This document shows, piece by piece, positions 43,796 to 55,657 of a stretch of DNA of 64,000 nt. The position numbers and the translations under genes are program-made. Source of the stretch: Yuukianura sp. NJ FZ-2021 (lineage: Eukaryota); assembly GCA_046563655.1 (NCBI GenBank), contig CM102283.1, forward strand, positions 6,572,001 through 6,636,000, written 5' to 3'. The stretch's first letter is position 1, and each line of letters begins with the position of its first letter. A model generated the notes under the pieces. That model saw only the letters and a program-made list of their open reading frames with translations, did not search any database and had not been told where the DNA came from.

Positions 43796-44350
43796 ATGCA
43801 AACCGGAACAGTTTTTCTCGCAGCCATCTTGGTTTTGGCGCCAACTTTTCTCCCGGGAGTTTTTGGAGCCATTGTTGACCCCGCGACGGTCACTTGCGGT
43901 GCACAGGAATATACTTGGTGTGACTTTGACAATGGCTTGATTCGTGGTGGATCATCTCCAAGGAAGTGTGCAGGTCAATGTATCTGTGAAGGTCACCCTT
44001 CATTTCATGGAGATAATCTGGATTGGGTCAACGGAAGATGCGAAACCACTGAAGGTCATGCATGTGGAACAAGCAAGGACGGGACGATGGAAATCTTTTG
44101 CGCAAGCGGTCTGGAGTGTATCGTTGGCCGATGCCGGGAACCGAACTTTGCGAAACTGCCGGCACGCAAAAGGTGTCGTGACGATGTTGAATGTCAAGAG
44201 GGACTCAAATGTCGCGTTCACTTTGTCAGCAGCCCACCATTGCCGAGACCGAGAACAAAGCGTGCCATTGGTCCGCAGTATTGCTGCTCTGCAAGGGAAG
44301 CTGAAGTGGAAAACAAGTCTTATACTCTGGCGGAGTTACCTTGCGACTAA
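43796..44350 (+). CDS. Intronless secreted cysteine-rich protein (184 aa) with EB/DKK-like Cys modules
   Basis: Signal peptide MQTGTVFLAAILVLAPTFLPGVFG. Modules CASGLECIVGRC and CRDDVECQEGLKC. TATAAA near 43727 and AATAAA near 44370. Confidence 0.8.
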   Translation: MQTGTVFLAAILVLAPTFLPGVFGAIVDPATVTCGAQEYTWCDFDNGLIRGGSSPRKCAGQCICEGHPSFHGDNLDWVNGRCETTEGHACGTSKDGTMEIFCASGLECIVGRCREPNFAKLPARKRCRDDVECQEGLKCRVHFVSSPPLPRPRTKRAIGPQYCCSAREAEVENKSYTLAELPCD

Positions 44351-44650
44351 AAATTTTCAGGAAAATTGAAATAAAAAACCAAAATCAACTTCAAAGTTCA
44401 ATTGAATTCGATTTATTCTGGAAAGGTCAAATGAGGATTTTCTTTTGGAAGTAAACGAAATCAATTAAAAACGGTTAAAATTCTAGCGTAACTTTTTGTC
44501 ATGAGCTTACAGAAGAGATGGAGTTTATTTTCTCATATTTGATAATGAATTAATTTCATTTCAAAAAACTGTTTTTAATTGGTATAACTTAATTAGTTTA
44601 ATTTTAATTTAATTTTTCAAGTGACACTTTAGCTTCCTAATTTAAGTTTT

Positions 44651-45637
44651 TTATGGCTTGATTTCTCCATTGTCCAGCATGTACTTGACTTCCTGTTCCA
44701 AAGTTTCGTAAACATTGGGGTGACTTGGTTTCCATCCGATTTTTCGGCTTCGGTTTGCTACACAACGACTGTCACCTTCCCAAAGTACCCGGAATTCATC
44801 TCCCCACAGGTACTTGTCAACATATTCTTTCTCAAATTCTGAAACTTCAGCAGTAGTCACATGACCCAGTTTGTGCAGCACTTTTCCAAGATGTTCAGCC
44901 ACCTTGCCCCACTCATGCTCCGTGGTGCTTGCAAAGTACCAGCCACCTTGTTTTCCACTTTCAATCGTATTGGACAGGAGTCCGTCCAGGACGAGTCGAT
45001 AAAGTTCAGCCACATCGTGGATGTTCACGTTGCCCCAGACAACGTTTCGGCGTTTTCCGACCCACCCAGCCTTCTTTCGACCAATCGCTGCTAGGGCCAG
45101 GTTTGGAACTTGCTGTGAAGTCTTGCGGAATGGACCGTTGCTGATTCCGTTGATTGTAGATGGAGCAATAATGGCTGCAGAAATGCTGTCAACATTGTCG
45201 TAGATCCAAGCATCAACGTGTTTATGTGGAGCGTTAAGAGGGATGGCATGGATTCGAGCCATGTCTTCATCATCAAATGGAACGTCAATTGCTGCTCCAG
45301 AATAAGTTAGAACTCCAGTTCCAGAAGTATGGACATAAACTGCTCGCTTGTCATGCTTGGCCGTGAGTCCTTTGACAATGGCTTTGGCAGAGTCCAAATG
45401 ATCAGCATGCGCAGTGTGCACGACAGCATCGGAGTCTTTGGACCATTTAGTCAGAAGGTCAGCGTCGTCCAGTCCTCCGAGCACTGGAGTCACTCCTAAC
45501 TTCGTCAACTTCTCAGCATCTTTGATACTGCGTACAAGTGCTGAAATTTGGTACTTGTTTGGGTATTTCAGCAGAACAGACAAGACAGAACCGCCAATGT
45601 AGCCAGTAGCTCCGGTCAAAAATACTTTAGACGGCAT
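44651..45637 (-). CDS. NAD(P)-dependent epimerase/dehydratase (atypical SDR, fungal-type), copy 1, 328 aa, intronless CDS
   Basis: TGATGYIGG Rossmann motif, ALVRS, YVHTSGTG, WGNVNIHDVA, SRKIGWKP. A 5'UTR intron is likely at 45644-45790. Confidence 0.9.
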   Translation of the reverse strand: MPSKVFLTGATGYIGGSVLSVLLKYPNKYQISALVRSIKDAEKLTKLGVTPVLGGLDDADLLTKWSKDSDAVVHTAHADHLDSAKAIVKGLTAKHDKRAVYVHTSGTGVLTYSGAAIDVPFDDEDMARIHAIPLNAPHKHVDAWIYDNVDSISAAIIAPSTINGISNGPFRKTSQQVPNLALAAIGRKKAGWVGKRRNVVWGNVNIHDVAELYRLVLDGLLSNTIESGKQGGWYFASTTEHEWGKVAEHLGKVLHKLGHVTTAEVSEFEKEYVDKYLWGDEFRVLWEGDSRCVANRSRKIGWKPSHPNVYETLEQEVKYMLDNGEIKP

Positions 45638-46606
45638 TTTGTACTAAAACAAATGAACTTTGAAAAAAGTGAGAATAAAGTTAGAATTGCACAAGCGTAT
45701 GGAAGAATGAATTTGTAAATGGATCGGCACAGGTATAAATATCAAAATTTTGTACTTTGAGTGCGGAAAGTGGACGGTGACGTTACTTACATGGTGCTTT
45801 GATGACTTCGTTCTTTTTACAAGGACGCTCAAGTGGCTTATTTGTTCCAGAATTAAACTTTATCATGGGTGACAATGACAATTCTATCCTGACCAAAAAG
45901 AGGCGTCTCAGATAACCGTGGTGACGTTATGTTCAAGATTATGTAATGATTATGAGCTGATCACGAGTGTCAAAAGTTTGGTATTCCAAAGCTAAAATGG
46001 ACAAATTACGTAATAGCTGTTTCAATAAACAGAAATCGATGACAGCATAGTAGAACAAAAACACTCTGGAAATGCCTGGTTGAGGTGTGATACGCTAGTG
46101 GAAATCAATTTTTGGCACTTTGGAAAATTGCTATCACCTTGTTTTGTCAATTTGTCTATTGTTTGGCCTTATATGGTCATTCGTCACGATTGACACCGGT
46201 ATAGTTTATTCACTTAAACTCTAAACGCATTTGAACAAACATGCCATGCTAAAAACTGAAAATTATTTCTAGCGGTCAGCGCTATCGTCTGAAATGGGCT
46301 GATTAAAATTGCGTTGTTTGCCGGTTAGTAAAAAAAATTATTGAAAATGGTAACCACCAAAAAAAGATTTTCAGTTAAAATGAGTTTTTGAAATTAGTTT
46401 AATTAACTTACGTTGATCCATATGTAATTGATACGCCAATACATTTATGCAGTAGTATAGTATATGACTAAACAATTTTTTGAAACAGGACAGTTTTTAA
46501 CTTTTGAAGTTTTTCCTTCATTGTTTTCAAATTTTTATTGCAGTAGCGTTCCCTTGATAATTCAAGTTTTGAATTCATTTTTTTAATCGTTTCGTATTTG
46601 AAGTTT

Positions 46607-47754
46607 TTAAGGTTTGAGTTCCCCATTGTCCACCATGTACTTGATTTCCTCTTCCAGCGTTTGGTAAATATCAGGATGAGTCGGATTCCATCCGATTTTT
46701 CGGCTTCGGTTTGCCACACATCTACTGTCCACTTCCCAAAGAACCCGGAATGTCTCTCCCCAAAGATGTTTGTCAACATACGCTTTTTCAAATTCCGAAA
46801 CTTCTGGAGTAGGCACCAACTTCAATTTGTACAGCGTTTTTCCCAGAAGTTCAGCTACCTTGCCCCACTCATGCTCCGCGGTGGTGCCAAAGTACCAACC
46901 GCCTTCCTTCCCGCTGTCAATTGTATTAGACAGGAGTCCATCCAGGACAAGTCGGTACAGTTCAGCCAAATCCAAGACATTCACGTTGCCCCAAACAACG
47001 TCTTTTCTCTTCCCGGCCCACCCAGCCTTCTTCCGCTCAACCGCTGCTTTGGCCAGGTTTGGAACCTGCGATGAAAGTTTTCGGAACGGACCAGTACCGA
47101 TTCCATTGACAGTGGCGGGAGCAATGATGGCAGCGGTGATACTGTCGACATTGTCGTAGATCCATGTGTTGATGTCTTTGTGGAGAGCTGTAGCTGGAAT
47201 GGCATGGATTCGGGGCATATCGAGGTCATCAAATGGTGGTTCAGATGCTGCGCCAGGATAAGTGACGATGGCAGTTCCAGAAGTTTGGATATAAACTGCC
47301 CGCTTGTCACCCTTGGCCGTGAGTCCTTTGACAAATGCTTGTGTAGATGGTAAATGATCAGTTTGTGCTGTATTTACGACTGCATCTGAGTCTTTGGCCC
47401 ATTTAGTCAGAAGGTCAACGTCTTCGAGTGCTCCAATCACTGGAGTGACTCCAAGCTTCTTCAGTTTTTCAGCATCTTCTGGGTTTCGGACAAGCGCTGA
47501 AATTTTGTACTTGTCTGGATATTGTAGAAGAAGGGACAAGACGGAACCGCCAATGTAGCCAGTAGCTCCAGTCAAAAATACTTTGGCCGGAGCTTTTAGT
47601 TGAAAAAAAAAATTTAAACAGTATTAAATTTTCGAAAATTAAAGAAAAAAGGTTTTCAAATTCAGAAAAAAGTGAAATTCGGCCTACCTTGTGCTTTGAT
47701 GTCTTGCCCTTTGTTCTTTTTACATGAGCAGTCACGTGGGTTGTTCAATGACAT
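46607..47754 (-). CDS. NAD(P)-dependent epimerase/dehydratase copy 2, about 350 aa; exons 47754-47688 and 47592-46607
   Basis: Close paralog of copy 1. The position of copy 1's ATG reads GCT, but an upstream exon supplies an in-frame ATG (MSLNNPRDCSCKKNKGQDIKAQ|APAKVFLTGATG). Confidence 0.8.
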
Positions 47755-48149
47755 GTCGATGGTTCGAGCTAGGTCAAATTTACGTTAAGTTAGATGGCAA
47801 AATCAAAAATAAAGAAAGAGTCGGCACACAATTTGTGTTTTACACAAATACTCTCTTTGTACTAAAAAAAAGTTAAAACTACTTGATAACAGTTGCGTGG
47901 AGGTCAAGAGGTCATGAGTTGATAAAAAAACCTCCATCAGTTGCATGAATACTCAGCTTCCATGGCAAAAGAAGAACTTTTACTGAAGAAATTAACCACA
48001 GAAAAAAATGTAATCAAATCATATTCTCCTAATTAAAGTTTAACTAACCATAATTTACTTCGAACAATTTAGCGGGTAGGATTGTAGTACGATAAGAACT
48101 GTTTTTACAGTTATATTTTCAATTTGAATCCATGTCCATGTCCGATTTT

Positions 48150-48695
48150 TCAGCCCCATCGAAGGCGCATGGCATAAGGACGTCTTGGACTCGCCTGGGT
48201 AGAAAAGAGGCGCCGAAATTCTGAAATGAAGTACTCAGCAGAGGTGCTTGGCGGAATGTGATACTGGAAGTAGCTGTCAGATCGAGGAGCGTAGCGTTGG
48301 TTGTACAGCTTCCGAGCATGCGCCTTCTGAGTGTCCAATAAACCAGTGTACAGTTGCGACAAAGCTCCGATGGATCGGGAGGATCTTGAATTTTGGTCCT
48401 CTTCTAGCTAGAATTTAGAAAAAATATCTGTAAGGCTCATGCATTCAACAATGCTCAAAAAAGTTGAGAACTTTTTTGGGAATACCGGAAATGTTGGAGA
48501 TGTTGAGGAAAACGTTTGAAGTGTCCAGTATTGTTCACTAAATGGACCGTCTGCGTCTGCGTAGTAACTGTCTTGACTTTCTTCGTTATCCGGCGAGCTG
48601 ATTTTCAACGGTATTTCATTTCCCACCACCAGTGGAACCAACAGTATCCAAATAGAAAACAAGACGCGAAAAAGACGACGTCGACTAAGCTCCAT
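48150..48695 (-). CDS. Putative neuropeptide precursor (155 aa) ending MRLRWG-stop, sNPF-like RLRW-amide; exons 48695-48486, 48407-48150
   Basis: Signal peptide, acidic pro-region, basic sites RSSR, RK and RR, and a C-terminal Gly amide donor. Phase-0 GT-AG intron. An upstream non-coding exon is likely (GTGAGT donor near 49369). Confidence 0.75.
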
Positions 48696-51600
48696 TTTCC
48701 TTTTTCAACTGAAAAAATATTTTGAAATCAAAACCTCAGTTGCGAAAACATGACTCTTAGCACAAATTTTGAAAGATTGAATTAGCGAAATAAGAGCAGA
48801 ATTAATTCGTTTTTTAATTAAAAATTTCGTCCTCGCCTCCAAAAAATTGAATTATTCAGACGAATTTCTTTTTGAGTCTTTGAAGCAAAACCCACGCTTA
48901 GCTACCCCACATGTCGCCTTCAAAGGAAAAGCTCTTTTAATTTAAAAATTTCAGTTAACATTTTGTTACTTAAAGTTCAACACAGTTAACTTAATTTTTT
49001 TCCAATTCCGAAAACAATTTTTCAAAACAAAAATAAGCTTTTAACAAAAATTTATATTCTGAATTTTTGAGATATTTCAAAAAGCAATTTTTATGCATTT
49101 CCAGATATTTGTACCGATTTTCTTTAGTTTACCGATAACAAAATAATCATAGATCGAAAAAAATCAAAATTTTGGAAAAGAAGTATCAGAAGAAAAGTTT
49201 TTAATAGGGGACATTCTTTCGGTGTTTTTTCCCAAGGTTTCATACAGATCACCCAAACGAAAAGCAAAGAAAAATTAGAAAATAGTCAACTGAGGCACAA
49301 AATATGTTTATTGTAAAACCCAAATTACAAATACAACAAAAAATTAGAGAAATTTAAGTAGATACTCACCTTTGTCTTGAGATAACTAGTAGAGATAATT
49401 TTTTGGGAAACTTGTTGCGTCTGTAGCGTTTGTATCGCAAGTGTGGGAACGATGCTTGAAGAAGATGCTGCTGGTGGAGACCCAGAACGAAGATGGCTCA
49501 TTCATCATTCATTTGTCGGTTGTCTGCTCATGTCGTTGGGAATGTCGCTTTGGGTTAATGGGAAAGTGGAGAAAGTACGTGGGGGTCCTTGTGGGACTTT
49601 CTTTTAAAAAGTTTTTACTTTTGTTCCTGTTTTCCCCCACAGGAATTCATTAGAATCTCTCCGTCCCACGTAACTAAGAACATTTAAACCTTTCCGGAAA
49701 CATCGACAAGGAAAAGTATCGCGCAACATTGTAACATACGTTGCTCCACTATTTGTATACTTAGCTAAGCTCAACTAAACATACTTTTTTAAAGATGATA
49801 CTTCCTTATTTATGTAGGTGTAAAGAACGATCAAAATCAACCAAACCTTTGAAATGTGAAATTCGTAACAACCAAAAACTGACCAAACGTTCGAGTACAA
49901 CATTTTAAAAAAAATTGCGCTTGTAGTGTACCATAGATAAGCATGAAAATTTGTTATATATTTTTTGGATTAATTTGGTTTTGACAAAAAATAAGCATTA
50001 AAACATTTCAGTTTCAGTTTTCATGATCTTCCTTAAGTGGAACTGTGGTTCCATCTTTCGTTTGGAAGTGGATTCGACGTGTGAAAAACGCCAACGTTAC
50101 GTAACACCGTGAATTTGTTAAAGGATGTCTCCGGTAAGTGGAGTTCGCGAAGCCTGCTAAATCTCCAACCCTTCTCACATAACACAACTAAAATTCAAAC
50201 TATCTATTAGTTCTTCGATTCTTCATATTTTTTTCTCTTTTATTAATTTTTTAAAAGGCTTTTTAGTCTTCTCTTTCCTCCTCCGAAGTTTTTTGCCTCT
50301 ACTTTTCGATAATCTTTTCCAAATTTTTGAAATTAGAAATTCATAAAGCCAAATAATGTTAAAGGAAATTAAAGATAAAATCATAAATCATAAACAAAAA
50401 AAACTTTTTCATGTTTTTATTTCTATCTTTTGCAAAAGTTGTAACTTTTGTTAGACTTTTGTTAGGGTGAGTAGTTGTGATTGAATGCACATGTGTATGA
50501 TTGGGTTGATTGTTGTGAGAACAATGTGTTTGACGGAATGTGAAGTGACAATGGAAAGTCTTTTTGATTTTTATATTTTGAATTGAGGCTTAATGAAGTG
50601 GGCGGAGGTTAATTTGTGAAGCGGAGGTTTTCAAACGACGACACTCTCACCCCTCCCGCCTAAAACTCCGTCAGACGCTGAGCATTTGCTGGTTCTGCGC
50701 AAGTTACTTTTGGTCCTCTGCGCAGGTATTGTTGGTTCCTTGGGCACTTCGAGTCTCCCCATATTTTAAACAACAATGGGGCATTGTTGCCTTCATGACT
50801 CCGATGATAAGCAACATAGCCTAACATAATCAACCAGCATCTCACACCTCTCCGATCACCACAATTTACGAAGAGAGGTCCATTGGCTTCAAGAATTCAA
50901 AAAAGTTCAGATATAAATCAATTTCGGTATTGAAACTGATAAAAACCGATAAAAAATTAAATTCAGTTTTTCCAAAGTTCAATATAAAATCTTCTCTCTT
51001 GCGCTATAATACTTTGCTTCTCGGAAAAAATTAATTTTGCTTATGGTTGCTTTTGGTTAACGTTTTGTTTTGATTAATTTTTTTAATTTGTTTTGACTTT
51101 AATCGACTAAAATCGATGAAAATTGAGAAAGCGTTGTTATAAAAGTTCCTTTATGCGCTAATAATAGATTCTATTTCTTTCTCTCCTTGATTGTTGGCAT
51201 TGTTCGGAATGCGTCCGTCTAAATACTTTTGTTAGGCCCTTTTCTAGCCGTAAGACGACTCATAACAATTGATTGTAACAATGAAGTAGGCGCAACAATG
51301 GAGTCAGCATCACACATGGACTGAGAGTGTCACTACTAAATCTTTTAGGTGAATCACAATTAGCACATTGTGTTTTTCATACCATCGTTTATCATAATCC
51401 TCATAAATAATAGTTACTCCCTTAAGTGTCACACAATCAAAACCTTTGTTACAATCTTCCCAAGGCTCACTGCCTCTTTTCACATTCCAACAATCAAAAA
51501 CTTAAAATTTCTCTCTTACGTAAAAAAAATACAAAATTCAAAAAGTATCAGAAAAAATTGTTAGTAGATTTAAATTTTAAGAATTTAATATTACAAAATT

Positions 51601-54600
51601 GTTTTTATTGTTCCACACTTGAATCACCTGCTACTGAAATTATTGTTTACTAACTTTGAAATTATTTGACAAACTGCTATTCCTGCTTAGTCTTAATTAA
51701 TTGTTATTGATTTAGGATTCTTGTGTCTAAATGAGTTTCTACCTTTTAATTATTTTACCTTTTCAATTTCATTATGGATTCTAATTCTGTTTCAATATTG
51801 ACTCTCCCCTCCAATAGTCAAATGAAAATCATCATTCTATCTTTTCCAACCACTTCACAACTTAATGAAGCACTTTTCTACCCCTTTAGCACTTCATTAT
51901 TGCTCAGAAAGAATTCATAATAAAAACAGGTTTACAAATTTACAATGATGCAATAACAAGGACGTACAGCATCACAAACAACTCTTACTAAAAAACGAAA
52001 TTCTAACAATTTTATTTTACTCATAACTTCCATTTTGACAACACATTTAGATTCGTGTTTACTTAAACGGGACTTGCACAACAGAACAAGAAGTTTAGAA
52101 CTTAATCTGCAAGGGAAAATGCACTTGATTTTACTAAACTTGATTTTTGGAGTTCAGAGTTTTTTAAATTTGTTTTGCAGAAGTGGCTTTCTTTTGTTAA
52201 TTTTTAGAGAGAACTTTTTTTCTTTTGAAAACCTCATCAAAATTGAAAAGTTGGCTACTTTAGAAAAAGAAAACTTACATGTGAAAATTTACATTTGAAC
52301 AAACTCTTTAGAATTTGAAATGTCTTTTGTTCCCATTAACCAGCAGCATTTCTGTATTAACTTTCTCCATAAATTTACTTGTAAGAAGGACATGCTTAGA
52401 CGCCTTTTCCTTAGATTTGAATTTAAGACTCGGAAATTTTACAAAGTTTTTGTAAATTCAGCATTTTAGAAACTACTTGAAAAAGTTGTTGGATTTACAT
52501 CAAAATGAGGTTTTCTTTTTCTTTTTAAGTTCAAACTGGAAAATGTTCAGATTTATTTTATTTTCATTGTAGAGAGAGAAAGTACAGAGCAACACAAAAG
52601 GAGTTTTCACTTAACATTCACCCAGTGCATTCTTCAATTGTGAAGGAAAGGGGATCCTTTACTATGGAAATGGAACTCTCCTTATAACTCTGGTTTTGTA
52701 CGGTGGACAAAAATTGTGGAATTTTGTGGATAGTTGGACAGAGATGTTGAAAATTCTGGTCATGATTTGGGTACAGAGTGTAAGAATAGAAGAAGTGATG
52801 AAAGCGGGATGATTTGAATGGGAGAGGGGGCTAAAAGGGTCGAATCCACTCACTATTCTTCTCCATTGTTACCCGGGTATTTTCGTATTCACCCGCCGAA
52901 TCCACTTCAAAAACGGACCACTTCCATTTATCTTAATATTCTCTTTCAAATCAAAGCCACTTTTCATTTTTTTACAATACAAGAACAAGTTGGAAAAATT
53001 TGTTTTGGTTTTCTTTGTGCTTCTGTGATTTCGGATTTTTGGGAATCCACTCCTAGTGTTTTTTTTTAATAATTTTGAAATTTTGATAACTCTAAATGTG
53101 TAACATTTCAGACTCTGAACAAGAGCTCGTTAAGCTGAATGCCAAAAAAATGCAACGTTTTTGGAAGTATCTGAGTTTGGATTTTATAACTTTTAGACTC
53201 TTTTTCTATTTTCTTATTCAAAATATTAGGATTTGAAAATATTTGGTTAATAATAGTCTAAAACCAGTAAGGAAGAATAAATTAAACTATTTTGAAAATT
53301 TTTGCTCTTTTGAATTGCTTATAGTGAGCAAAATAAATTTTATTTGTTTCCATTTGACATTTCGAAAATTTAAATTAGACCCACTTGAATTCAAATTTTC
53401 ATTTTAGAGCAACGGAGTTAACTTTTTTGTTGCTTGTGGCTAAAGAAGTTTTTATTATTGAAATTAAACAAATGCTGAAAAAGTTGGAGTTGTTCAAAAT
53501 GAAGTTTTCACTTTCACGGTTCTGGTTTTGCTGTAAGGGGGAATTGAAAAGGGGAAATGTCGTTGGAGGGAGTAAATGGAGAATTTAAGGGTACGGGAGC
53601 GTGAGACTTGATTTATTTTACATTAGGAAGGGAATTCATGCAAAGTTAACTCGAAATACACTACGAACTAGCTACCCGGAGCCCTTAAAACCCGGGAAAT
53701 CCAAAAAGTGTTCAAGTGGGCACAAGCTCAAAATCTTATTAAGAAAACACACCAGCCAAAATCCAACCAAAAACACAATCCCCTTAGATCTACTACCAAA
53801 AGGTCCGTTTTTCCTGCTGATCAAATTTCCCGCGCAAAATCAACTTCAATACAAAACGTTTTCCCAGTTCCAGCCAGAACCCCTACTTTTGACGGTGCTA
53901 ATTTAAAAGAAAAGTACAAATCCTACGCTTTTTCTTTTTAATATGCAAGTAAACCGACTCAAAATTGTGTTGGTTAAAAAAAATCTTTGAATTGGGTAGC
54001 CGGAGCTCCATAATTTTTTAAGATCGAAACCAGCATGCAAAGCATTCTTACCGGGGCTTCGCCACAGGAACGTTGAATCGTCCGCATATTTTAGCCTAGT
54101 AATCATAATGACTTTCTCCAAAAAATAAAACGCTAAAAACTTAGAACGTGTCATGAAGTTTAAAAAAAACAACATTTTGAAAAAAATTCAATTTGTCGTG
54201 ACTGAGAAGTTTATTTTTTGCAAATTTTCAAATCAAAGCTTGACTTTTTTTTCCCAAAAGCAATTCGTTAGAAAGTTAGAAGGTGTGATGGAGTTTTTCA
54301 AATCATAGTAGTATTTAAAAAAATCAATTTGTTGTGATCGAGGAAGTTACATTGTAACCAGACTAAAGGTAAAACAAATTGAAGAGTACACAAATCATTT
54401 AGTAACTAATGTAATTTCGGAATTACCTCTCACCTGTAACTTCACATTAGTATTACATAATAGATGTTAGGAACTCATTCCTTATGTTTTGTGTTCCGCG
54501 TTTCTGTGTTGTGTTACTTGGAAGTTATAAGTTTTTGTATTAAATTCAATTTGATATTTCTCATTTTTTTTTCATTTTCTTATCACGTCAAAAGTGTCAT

Positions 54601-55444
54601 TCTGGAAAACCAAAGGAGACATAAACACTTTCTTTTGAAGTTGGCTTGAAAGACACTTCTTTTGACTTTGTTCAAAAACGTTCCAAAGTTTTCTCAAGTG
54701 TCATGTCAAACTGTCAACGCAGTTTCAAAAGGACAGTAGCGTCTTTTCATCCTCGTGATAAAAACATGACGTACAGAGTCCAAAACAATTTTCAAACGTT
54801 TCATAAAACAGTTACTAAAAACCGCGTTCCGATAAAACTTTACCTCTGTAAATTTCGACTCCCACTGTACATTTGAGCAACAATGAAAAACTTTTTTCGT
54901 TTTTCTTACTTTTTCATTTGATCTCCTTCTCACCTGAATTTTGAACCTATGGACATAGTGTACGTTTTGGAACCAGGAAAAACAAACAATTGCGCAAACA
55001 TAAGTGGCCTCCTTATTCCTTATAATTTGAATTGTAAATAAAGTCAATAATTTTAAATAAACTTAATTTTTTCTTCAACTAAAGTGACCGATAAGCGATT
55101 CACTTTAGAATGTTTCAGGTGAGACGCAGTTTCCTAATAAAAGTCAAATCTAGATCATTTTGCTTAAGTATGTCTATTATTTGAATAGCTTTTCTTCAAC
55201 TTAACAACTTTGGCGCCTCTTTTCAATTCTAAAAGTTCATTGAACTTACAAAACACTAAAACTAAAAAAAAGTGGACAAAAAAGTTTCAAACATCTTCAA
55301 ACTTTGTTTTCAAAATTTCTTTACAGTTTGACTTTCAATTGACTTTGAAGATGAGGAAAGAAAGAAAGCAAATAGAAGAAAAGTGATCTTGGAATTGATC
55401 TGTCTAATCCACTGAATTCGGTTGTTATTTTAAGGCAAGGTGAA

Positions 55445-55657
55445 GCCTTACTTCAACCTAAATTCTCTCCTCCTGTGCCTCCTTGCTGCCATACTTCAAC
55501 CAATCATTTCCCTCGTACCGATGAAAATCTTTGGTGCTAGCCATACTTCAACCAATTATTTCTGCCGTACCGTTGCTGCCTAGCTTAGGTGCTGGCCGTA
55601 TTTCAACCAGTTTTCTCTCTTGCACTTCCGTACTTCAACCTAACAATTCCGTACCGC
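55445..55657. repeat. Degenerate ~30-55-bp tandem repeat with conserved core (GCC)RTACTTCAACC, five copies
   Basis: Core at about 55450, 55492, 55544, 55599 and 55631. Several copies are followed by CGTACCG. Confidence 0.65.

Noticed and set aside
44861-47159. Plus-strand ORFs overlapping the epimerases, and similar antisense ORFs over the GPCR, Abl and Sox21a
   Set aside because: Antisense shadows of real coding sequence.
55445-55657. CRISPR-like appearance (short conserved core with variable spacers)
   Set aside because: Eukaryotic context, degenerate repeats, related spacers and no cas genes.
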